The notes beneath the pieces are model-generated. The model was not told the origin of the DNA and ran no database searches. It worked only from the letters and a program-made list of their open reading frames with translations. From Verrucomicrobiota bacterium (GTDB lineage: Bacteria; Verrucomicrobiota; Kiritimatiellia; JAAZAB01): a stretch of 63,500 nucleotides of DNA. The stretch spans positions 1 through 63,500 of the forward strand of contig JAHIJO010000090.1 of the NCBI GenBank assembly GCA_018898455.1, read 5' to 3'. Of this stretch, positions 48,663 to 56,657 are shown in pieces. The number at the start of each line of letters is the position of its first letter. The stretch's first letter is position 1. The translations under genes were made by a program, and so were the position numbers.

Positions 48663-50561
48663 ATGGATCGCTTGCATCTTAATATCGCCGTCTGTCCGGA
48701 GGAATTACGGCCGGGTTTGGCTGAAATTCAGCGTGAATATGCCCATCGTTTTGACCCATCGGAGCGCGCCCCAGTTCTTGAATTTGTTCCGGAGCCCTCG
48801 CGCGTCGCCGGCTTGGCAGTAACGAAGGATGCTCGGAAGGTGACCATCCGGTATGGCCGCAAAACGGATGCGTTTCGCGCGTTGGGTCGGGTGCTGGGCG
48901 AATGCCATTCTGGGTTGCGGCCCGGCGAGTATGCCGAAACGCCGCAGTTGGATTGTCTGGGCGTCATGGCGGATGTGTCCCGCAACGGCGTGCTGTTGCC
49001 GGAGGCGGCCCGGGCGTTCATGTGCCGTTTGGCACTCATGGGATACAACAGCCTGATCCTGTATGCGGAAGATACCTATGAGGTGCCGGGCGAGCCTTTC
49101 TTCGGCTACCTGCGCGGACGCTATACCCGGGATGAAATGAAGGCCATGGATGATTACGCGGATGCCCTGGGGATTGAGATGTTTCCCTGTATTCAAACCC
49201 TGGCTCATCTGGCCCAGATCCTGCAATGGCCTGCCTATCATACCCAGCGTGATACGGCAGACATCCTGCTGGCGGAGGATGAAGCCACCTACCGGTTGGT
49301 CGAAAAAATGATCGCCGCCGCCAGTGCGCCGTTCCGCTCCAAACGTATCCATATCGGCATGGATGAAGCCCATGGCATTGGCACCGGTGAATTCCGTCGG
49401 CGCTTTGGAGAAAAAAACCCGTTTGACATCCTGAATGATCATCTGGCCCGGGTTCAGACAATCTGCCGGAATCTGGGGCTGAAGCCCATGATCTGGAGCG
49501 ATATGTATTTTCGCCTGGGATCCAAAACTCATGACTATTATGATCGCAAGACCGTCATCCCGCCGGAGGTGGTGGCCCGGATTCCCAAGGGCGTGGATCT
49601 GGTGTATTGGGATTACTACCACCTGGAACAGGATTTCTACGAGGAATGGATTGATCGCCACCGCGCGCTGGGTTCGGAACCGGTTATGGCGGGCGGTGTC
49701 TGGACCTGGAATCATTTGTGGGCCGCCTTGCCCTTTTCACTGGCCGCGACCAAGGCCTGCCTGGATGCTTGCAAGCGAAAACAACTGCGCCAGGTGTTCA
49801 TGACGTTGTGGGGCGATGACGGCATGGAGTGCGATGTGTTTTCGGCCTTGCCGGGCCTCCAGTTCTGCGCCGAACACGCCTACGCGGAAACTGTGATCGA
49901 CACGCTTGTGAAGGAGAATTTCCGCGGATCCTGTGACGCCAATTATGATACCTGGTTGAAAGCCGCCGAGTTGGATACCATGCCTGGGGTTAAAGATCAG
50001 GGTCCCTCGACGGCCAACGTCAGCAAGTGGCTGTTGTGGCAGGACCCTTTACTGGGATTGCTCGATCCACAGGTGGCTGATCCTTCCGCTTTGGCCGCGC
50101 ATTATGCCGCCCTGTCGGAAACCCTGTTCCGCGCCGCCGATACGACCTCCGGCGACCGGCGGCTTATTTTTCCCGCCAGTCTGGCGCGAGTTCTGGCATC
50201 CAAATGTGTATTGCGCGGCCAGATTGCGGACGCCTATCGCGCGGGCGATCGGAAGCGGTTGCGCAGTATGCTCGCCCATGAACTTCCATTTCTGCGGCAG
50301 GCCGTGGACGATCTATGGGTGCAACATCGCCAGTTATGGCTCAGCCTTTACAAGCCGTTTGGATTGGAAGTGATCGAATGCCGGTACGGTGGACTGCGGA
50401 CCCGCCTGGAAAGCTTTGCCAATCGTCTTCAGGGCTATGTTGATGGAACGGTGAAGTCCATTCCCGAGCTGGAGACGAAACTGGAAAAAATCTACGCGGG
50501 TGATTTTAGATGGCTCCATTTATCCTATCACCAGGTCAAGACACCGAGTGTGATCAAATAA
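48663..50561 (+). CDS. GH20-family beta-N-acetylhexosaminidase (GcnA/HexD-like)
   Basis: DVSRNGV, YAEDTYE, PCIQTLAH, catalytic HIGMDEA, IWSDM, YWDY; no signal peptide. Confidence 0.9.
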   Translation: MDRLHLNIAVCPEELRPGLAEIQREYAHRFDPSERAPVLEFVPEPSRVAGLAVTKDARKVTIRYGRKTDAFRALGRVLGECHSGLRPGEYAETPQLDCLGVMADVSRNGVLLPEAARAFMCRLALMGYNSLILYAEDTYEVPGEPFFGYLRGRYTRDEMKAMDDYADALGIEMFPCIQTLAHLAQILQWPAYHTQRDTADILLAEDEATYRLVEKMIAAASAPFRSKRIHIGMDEAHGIGTGEFRRRFGEKNPFDILNDHLARVQTICRNLGLKPMIWSDMYFRLGSKTHDYYDRKTVIPPEVVARIPKGVDLVYWDYYHLEQDFYEEWIDRHRALGSEPVMAGGVWTWNHLWAALPFSLAATKACLDACKRKQLRQVFMTLWGDDGMECDVFSALPGLQFCAEHAYAETVIDTLVKENFRGSCDANYDTWLKAAELDTMPGVKDQGPSTANVSKWLLWQDPLLGLLDPQVADPSALAAHYAALSETLFRAADTTSGDRRLIFPASLARVLASKCVLRGQIADAYRAGDRKRLRSMLAHELPFLRQAVDDLWVQHRQLWLSLYKPFGLEVIECRYGGLRTRLESFANRLQGYVDGTVKSIPELETKLEKIYAGDFRWLHLSYHQVKTPSVIK

Positions 50562-51368
50562 ATGAATCACGGGTTGCTGATATTTGACCTGGACGGAACC
50601 TTGATGGATACGCGCCGGGATTTATGCGCCGGTGTCAATCTGATGCGCGGGTATTACGGATTGCCGCCGTTGACCGTGGATACCGTGGCCGGCTATATCG
50701 GCAATGGTGTTCGCAATCTGGTGTCGTGTGCCTTGCAGGATCACCCGGCTTCGCGGGAATGCTCCCGGCTTTGCGAGAACGCTCCCGGCTTCGCGGGACC
50801 GCTACGCCGTGGCAAGTCGCCGGGGCGAGTCGCCGGGGCGGATCCCGTCGATCTGGACGAGGCGGTGCGCATTAATTACCGCTTCTATCGCGAGCACCTC
50901 CACGACGAAACGACGCTCTATCCCGGCGTTGAAGAAGGACTGCGGCAGCTCCATGCGCACGGCTATAACCTGGCCCTGATCAGCAATAAGGGGAAGGAAG
51001 CCTGTATTGAATTGTTGAAGTATTTCAAGTTGACCGATTTGTTTTTCAGCGTGCTGGGTGGAGACAGCGTCTGCGAATTAAAGCCGCACCCTGAAGCTAT
51101 TTTTACGACCATCGAGGCCGCCCATGCCGATCCGGCGCAAACTTGGATGATCGGCGATCATGTGACGGATCTGGAGTCGGCGCGCCGCGCCGGAGTCAGG
51201 AGCGTCTTTGTCAGCTATGGCATCGGCAAGCCGGGTGGTGAACAGCCAACGCAAATCTTTCCAGCTTTCCCGGACTTGACTCGGTTTTTCCTCACTGGCG
51301 GAAAGAGGAATGGAATACAGACATTTTCTCGCAAAGGCGCAAAGTTTGCAAAGGGGAATACGCCATGA
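50562..51368 (+). CDS. HAD phosphatase (phosphoglycolate phosphatase-like) with 33-aa in-frame insert
   Basis: FDLDGTL, ISNK, KPHP, MIGD; insert at 50744-50842. Confidence 0.9.
   Translation: MNHGLLIFDLDGTLMDTRRDLCAGVNLMRGYYGLPPLTVDTVAGYIGNGVRNLVSCALQDHPASRECSRLCENAPGFAGPLRRGKSPGRVAGADPVDLDEAVRINYRFYREHLHDETTLYPGVEEGLRQLHAHGYNLALISNKGKEACIELLKYFKLTDLFFSVLGGDSVCELKPHPEAIFTTIEAAHADPAQTWMIGDHVTDLESARRAGVRSVFVSYGIGKPGGEQPTQIFPAFPDLTRFFLTGGKRNGIQTFSRKGAKFAKGNTP
50744..50842 (+). repeat. In-frame tandem repeat block (3x20 bp + 3x13 bp = 99 bp)
   Basis: CCCGGCTT(C/T)GCG(G/A)GA.(T/C)GCT x3, then ACGCCGTGGCAAG, TCGCCGGGGCGAG, TCGCCGGGGCGGA. Confidence 0.85.
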
Positions 51369-52366
51369 CCAATTCCGAATCCGTCAAACCCAATCCCGTC
51401 CGCGCCTTGAGCCTGCTGTCCGGCGGACTGGACAGCCAGTTGGCCATCAGGGTTCTTCAATCCCAGGGGATTGAGGTGCAGGCCATTGTTTTCCGAAGCG
51501 TTTTTTTCGGTTCGGAAAAGGGGGAAACCGCTGCCCGGCGCCTGGCAGTTCCCGTGATCGTGGAGGAATTCACCCCTTCCATCGTGGCCTTGGTTCGTCA
51601 TCCGCCCCATGGGTTCGGCTCGGGCTTGAATCCCTGCATCGACTGTCATATCGCCATGATCCGTCGTGCCGGGCAAATCATGGAGGAGCGCGGGTGTCAT
51701 TTTCTCAGCACCGGCGAGGTGCTGAACCAGCGGCCCATGTCCCAGAATCGGAAAGCCCTGGAATTGATTGCCCGGGAATCCGGCTATGCCGATCGGCTTC
51801 TAAGACCGCTGAGCGCCCAATTGATTCCGGAGACCGCGCTGGAAAAGCAGGGGTGGGTGGATCGCGAACAGCTGTGTGCTCTCGAGGGACGCAGTCGCCG
51901 GGCGCAGGTTGTCCTGGCCATGAAACTGGGGGTTACGGAATATCCCCAGCCGGCAGGCGGATGTTTGTTGACCGATCCCGGTTATGCCCGGCGCCTGAAA
52001 GAGCTGAAAGAACACGAGGGCCTTGATTCGGTGGACGCTATCATCCGCCTGAGAATAGGCCGTCACTTCCGTGTGGGAGGCACCCGGCTCATTGTGGGCC
52101 GCAATCAGGAAGAGAATCTTGAACTGGCCGCCCGGGTTCTGCCGTCGGACCTGATTCTCCAGCCGACCAACTGTGTCGGTCCGTTCGGGGTGCTCACCGG
52201 AACGGCGCCGGAAGAGGAAATCCGGCAGGCCGCGGGAATTTGCGCCCGGTATTGTGATTGCCCGCCGCAGGGCATGGTGAGCATTGAGGTCCGGTCGGGC
52301 GGGGAAACACGGGTGTTTGAAGTGAAGCCGATTCCACCCGCCGCGATCGAGCCCCTGCGGATTTAG
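51365..52366 (+). CDS. PP-loop tRNA sulfurtransferase-like protein (ThiI/MnmA-like)
   Basis: SGGLDS, PCIDCH, TGEVLNQRPMSQ, PAGGCLLT, VGRNQEEN. Confidence 0.8.
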   Translation: MTNSESVKPNPVRALSLLSGGLDSQLAIRVLQSQGIEVQAIVFRSVFFGSEKGETAARRLAVPVIVEEFTPSIVALVRHPPHGFGSGLNPCIDCHIAMIRRAGQIMEERGCHFLSTGEVLNQRPMSQNRKALELIARESGYADRLLRPLSAQLIPETALEKQGWVDREQLCALEGRSRRAQVVLAMKLGVTEYPQPAGGCLLTDPGYARRLKELKEHEGLDSVDAIIRLRIGRHFRVGGTRLIVGRNQEENLELAARVLPSDLILQPTNCVGPFGVLTGTAPEEEIRQAAGICARYCDCPPQGMVSIEVRSGGETRVFEVKPIPPAAIEPLRI

Positions 52367-52411
52367 AAGGGGCTCAAAACAGGTGGAGTAGGTTGTAGGC
52401 TTGGATCTTGA

Positions 52412-52555
52412 CTTTGGAGTACGGCAGTAGTATGGCTGCCGCTTTCAGATAGCGAAGCGTCGGCCCGGCCTTCGTAGACGCTACTACGGCAGAGCAGGCC
52501 TTCGCCAAAAACAAAGCACCGCGCCACTCGCTCCGCTCGCGGAGCGGCTGGCAAG
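52412..52555. repeat. Degenerate family-B-like REP cassette
   Basis: CTTTGGAGTACGGCAG...CTGCCGCTTT start and CGCTCCGC-tc-GCGGAGCG hairpin ending GGCAAG, between convergent genes. Confidence 0.6.
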
Positions 52556-52571
52556 TCTGACTTGCGTACCT

Positions 52572-53450
52572 TCAGGCTTGGTCCGCCGTGACCCGGCTGA
52601 TCTGATGGCCGATGCCTTCCACGATCGTTTCTATTACGTCCCCGGCTTTCAGGACAATCGGCGGTTTGCGCGCCGAACCGATCCCGGCCGGTGTGCCCGT
52701 GGCAATGATGTCTCCCGGCAGGAGGGTGATGGTGGCGCTGATGAACGAGATGATGAACGGGATTTTGAAAATCATGTCGGCAGCCTTGCCGTCCTGCAGG
52801 GCCACGCCGTTGATTTTGGAAATCAGCCGCAGTCGATTATTATCCGGAATTTCATCATGGGTGACCAGGTACGGCCCAAGCGGGCAGAACGTATCGGGGC
52901 TTTTCCCGCGGAACCATTGGCCATCGGCGCGCTGGGCTGTCCGGTCGGTCACATCGTTCAACACCGTATAGCCGGCCACGGCTTCCAGGGCGTTCTCGCA
53001 CGTCGCCTGACGGGTCTCCCGGCCGATGACCACGGCCAATTCCGCTTCACCATCCACGATGGCGGCGCCGCGGGGTAAAATGATGGGGTCGAAAGGTCCA
53101 TTAAGAGCCGTGTTGGCCTTGGTGAATAAAATAGGGGAGGCGGGAACCTTGCTGTCGAATTCCCTGGCGTGGTCGACGTAATTTTTGCCCAGGCAGATGA
53201 TTCTACCGGGGCGGGCGACGGGCGGACCCAGGCGCAGGCCTTGCGCCGGGATCAGTTTCCGGTTCTTTTCCCGAAGCAGGTTGGTTAGCCGTTCCAGGCC
53301 GTGATGGGAAAAGAAATGAGCGTTGTAGTCCTCGATATCGAAAGCCATGGCCCGGACGTTGAGAATCATCGGTTGAGACCGGTCCGGCGCCGGATCCAGC
53401 CAGACGCCGGGCTGTTCTTCGCCGGGAAGTCCAAATCGCACCAGTTTCAT
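52572..53450 (-). CDS. Fumarylacetoacetate hydrolase family protein
   Basis: ICLGKNY, FTKA, DGEAELAVVIG, NDVTDR, GKSPDTFCPLGP, TGTPAG. Confidence 0.92.
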   Translation of the reverse strand: MKLVRFGLPGEEQPGVWLDPAPDRSQPMILNVRAMAFDIEDYNAHFFSHHGLERLTNLLREKNRKLIPAQGLRLGPPVARPGRIICLGKNYVDHAREFDSKVPASPILFTKANTALNGPFDPIILPRGAAIVDGEAELAVVIGRETRQATCENALEAVAGYTVLNDVTDRTAQRADGQWFRGKSPDTFCPLGPYLVTHDEIPDNNRLRLISKINGVALQDGKAADMIFKIPFIISFISATITLLPGDIIATGTPAGIGSARKPPIVLKAGDVIETIVEGIGHQISRVTADQA

Positions 53451-53747
53451 AATATCCTCACTTGATTGGAAGCAAATCATAACCGTGTTTAACTGGCCGT
53501 GCAACTCTTAAACCCGTACCACCACATCCGCGGCTTGACTCAAAGTTACTACTGCGGTATTAGTAAAACGCCGGCGTCGCTTTGCTCCAATCACGTGGTA
53601 TTTTATTTCCGAAACGACTGGTCACTTGCGCTGAAATACGCAATCCTGAACTCTGAACCTGGTACCCTGAACCGGGCTCCTGCGGGCTTTGTGCAAGAGC
53701 CGCGTATATGGCCGCATTTGGAATCAATGTTGTGTTCGGGTGAAAAA

Positions 53748-54680
53748 ATGAGTCACGATCGTGATAAAGCGGTAAATGGAGTTTGCTCCGGACGGGAGCA
53801 GGAATACAGGCCGTATTTTTACGCAATAGAGCAATTTGGCATATTAAAAAAATTCCAAAATGACCTCTTTCAGCTGACCGGTCTGCCATTTGATTTTGTT
53901 GATATTGGGCTGAGGCATTCGGAACAACTTCAGGCGTATCTGGGTTTTACGCCATTTTGCGCATTGGTCAAGAGTACGTTTCTGGGGCGCAAGGCGTGTG
54001 AATGTGACGAGAGGAAAATTGTTGTTAAATGCGTTCAAAAACGAAAAAGCGTTATCAGGCGTTGCCATTTGGGGTTGGTTGATATTTGCGTACCGGTAGT
54101 AATGAACAATAAAGTTGCGGGGTTGTTTTGCACCGGGCAGTTTTTTTATAATCAACTTACGCAGAAACATTTTCAAAGGATTCAAAAGCGGCTGGCCGGC
54201 ATGGGGGTTGATGTTACCAAGGCGCGCCAGGCCTATTTCAGTACCCCGGTTATTGAGAAGCGGAGGGTATCAGCCATCATGGATCTAATTCAAATGGTGG
54301 TGGAATTGATTGACGCCGGGAGACTCCCGACGTTGAAGACCGCCGTAATGCACGATCCTATGCGCAAGGCGCTGGATTTTATGGAGGCTAATTACACGGA
54401 GCCGATAACCCTGCCGATTGTGGCCAGGGAAGCCGGTCTGAGCATCTCCCGGTTGGCGCATGTCTTCAAAGCGCAGGTCAAAATGAGTTTTACCGCTTAT
54501 TTGAATCTGATTCGCGTCAATTGGGCAAAATACTATCTGACGAATTCGCATTTAAGGGTCAGTGAAACAGCCTTTCAGGTGGGATTCGGCAATCTCAGTC
54601 ATTTCAATCATATTTTCCGCCGGTCAACCAGTCTCTCGCCTACTCAATACCGGCGGCAGCACACCAGCACAAGAATATAG
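53748..54680 (+). CDS. AraC-family regulator with PocR sensory domain
   Basis: PocR-like FC..V, C..CD, CHLGLVDICVP, TGQF; AraC HTH ...VSETAFQVGFGNLSHFNHIFRR. Confidence 0.9.
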   Translation: MSHDRDKAVNGVCSGREQEYRPYFYAIEQFGILKKFQNDLFQLTGLPFDFVDIGLRHSEQLQAYLGFTPFCALVKSTFLGRKACECDERKIVVKCVQKRKSVIRRCHLGLVDICVPVVMNNKVAGLFCTGQFFYNQLTQKHFQRIQKRLAGMGVDVTKARQAYFSTPVIEKRRVSAIMDLIQMVVELIDAGRLPTLKTAVMHDPMRKALDFMEANYTEPITLPIVAREAGLSISRLAHVFKAQVKMSFTAYLNLIRVNWAKYYLTNSHLRVSETAFQVGFGNLSHFNHIFRRSTSLSPTQYRRQHTSTRI

Positions 54681-54743
54681 CATTCTGGCAGTAGCCTCTT
54701 TTTTTTGGTTTGCTACAGTGAAAACCAAAGAAAGGGGATTATT

Positions 54744-55448
54744 GTGAAAACAAACAAAATCAAATCTGTGCTGGTGCTGGCGGGACATTCGGACGATTCC
54801 ATTATTGCCGTGGGCGGTATTTTACGTCGTTTTATTAAAGAAGGTTGTCGGGTTCATGTCTTCTGTTTCGGGAACGGCGACGAAGCTTTTACGGAATTGA
54901 TCGCACAGGAGTCGGCGGCGGATAAGTTCAAGGCGGAGGCCGTTGCGGCGCACAAATCACTGGGGGTGGCGTCTTTTGAGTGTTTTGGTCTGCCCGATTT
55001 CGGTGTCCAGCGCAACCGGGATACCTACCGTGCCTGCATCCGCGCTATCCGCAAATACAAACCTGATATTATTCTGGGGCATTACTGGCGGGAATATTTC
55101 CAGCACCGGGATATGGCGCGTTTGGCCTGCGACGCCTGGTGGCAGGCCGGCTGGAACTGTAGCGCCGATTTGGGGCGGTCGTGGCAGGCGCGGGCTTTGT
55201 ATCATTTTGAGGTGCTTCAAGATTTGCCCGAGCCGACGCATATTGTTGACGTGACGGATTCGTTTCAAGACAAGATACGTGCCTGGAAAAAGTTTAAATC
55301 GGCCAAAGACCATCTTTCAAGCCTGGTCGCTCAGATGGAAACGCGTGCTCGTTATCATGGAAATAAAATTGGCGTAAAATACGCGGAAGTGTTGCGACAG
55401 TCATTTTTCATTCCTGAAAAGGTCACCAAAATCAATGGGCTTCTGTAA
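54744..55448 (+). CDS. PIG-L/LmbE family deacetylase-like protein (non-canonical)
   Basis: AGHSDDS, GNGDE, LPDFG, IRKYKPDII, VDVTD, KYAE. Confidence 0.8.
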   Translation: MKTNKIKSVLVLAGHSDDSIIAVGGILRRFIKEGCRVHVFCFGNGDEAFTELIAQESAADKFKAEAVAAHKSLGVASFECFGLPDFGVQRNRDTYRACIRAIRKYKPDIILGHYWREYFQHRDMARLACDAWWQAGWNCSADLGRSWQARALYHFEVLQDLPEPTHIVDVTDSFQDKIRAWKKFKSAKDHLSSLVAQMETRARYHGNKIGVKYAEVLRQSFFIPEKVTKINGLL

Positions 55449-55483
55449 ACGAACGCCGTTTATCTATGATTTGAAACAGGCGG

Positions 55484-56656
55484 ATGTATATGATCAAAAT
55501 TAACAAATCAGAGTTTGAAGTCAGGATCCAAAGAATCCAGGGGAAAATGGTCGAAAACGGACTGGATGCCATGCTGGTCTATGGCGACGAGTACCGCAAG
55601 GAAAATTTGCGATATGTCTCCAATTTCTGGCCGATTTTTGAGCGGGCGGCCTGTTTTATTCCGCGGAAGGGCGAGCCCATAGTAGCCGGCGCTCCCGAGG
55701 GTGAACTTTATGCGCGGGAAATGTCGGTTTGGAGCGACCTGCGGAATGTCAGGGAATTTGCCTGCGTATCCGTGCCGGAGGAGATAGATTATCCGTTGGC
55801 CAATTTTTCATCATTCAAAGTAATCCTTAAGGAAATATTGGCCGGCGGACAACACCTGGGGGTTGTCGGGTTAAGGGACATTTCAGCCCCAATCCTGGAA
55901 AGAATCAGGGGAGGTGCAAACAACCTGCAGATAATAGACGCGGCTGAAATAATCACGGATTTGCGTATTATTAAAACCGCCGACGAAATTGCATGTTTAC
56001 GCGAGGCGGGACGGCAGGCCTGTATCGGGTATCGCAAATTGCTGGAAGCTGCTGTCCCCGGAAATACCGAAACCATGGTTGCCGGTGCGGCGGAGGGGGC
56101 GGCCAGGGCGGCCGGCGCCGAGGATATTAATTTTACCGTATTCGGAAGCGGTAACAGGGCGGCGACCATAATCGGCCGGGCGACTCAAAAGGTAATTGAA
56201 GACGGCGACATGATTATGGCCGCTCTGGCGGTTCAGTATGAAGGTTACGTGGCCACGGTTGAATATCCCTTTGTGGCCGGCAAAGCCAATGACGGGCAAA
56301 AGCGGTTCTTGAGTGCGCTTTTCGAGGCGGCTGGCGTTCAGCAGAAATATCTGGCCGATGGCGTCATTGCCGGCGACATGGTCAAAGTCGTGAAAGCCGT
56401 TTTCAGAAAACACGGTCTTACGAAATACGACGTTTATCCGCCGATGCACGGTATTGGATTGGCTGAGGCGGAATCGCCGTATCCGGATGGAAATGCAAAA
56501 TATGTCCTGACGGAGGGAATGTGCGTCAATTCCGATATCAGCCTGTTCGGTCATCCCGACGGCTCAAACCGGATTGAAGAGGGGTTTGTGATTACGAAAA
56601 ACGGACCGGAGTCGTTGACCCCGTTTATCAGAGAAATGTGCCGGAAGGGAATATAA
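55484..56656 (+). CDS. M24/creatinase-fold hydrolase
   Basis: Creatinase-like N-domain, LRIIKTADEI, MHGIGL, RIEE. Confidence 0.85.
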   Translation: MYMIKINKSEFEVRIQRIQGKMVENGLDAMLVYGDEYRKENLRYVSNFWPIFERAACFIPRKGEPIVAGAPEGELYAREMSVWSDLRNVREFACVSVPEEIDYPLANFSSFKVILKEILAGGQHLGVVGLRDISAPILERIRGGANNLQIIDAAEIITDLRIIKTADEIACLREAGRQACIGYRKLLEAAVPGNTETMVAGAAEGAARAAGAEDINFTVFGSGNRAATIIGRATQKVIEDGDMIMAALAVQYEGYVATVEYPFVAGKANDGQKRFLSALFEAAGVQQKYLADGVIAGDMVKVVKAVFRKHGLTKYDVYPPMHGIGLAEAESPYPDGNAKYVLTEGMCVNSDISLFGHPDGSNRIEEGFVITKNGPESLTPFIREMCRKGI

Positions 56657-56657
56657 A

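Noticed and set aside
50744-50842. Mini CRISPR array
   Set aside because: The units are contiguous with no spacers, lie inside a CDS, and there are no cas genes.
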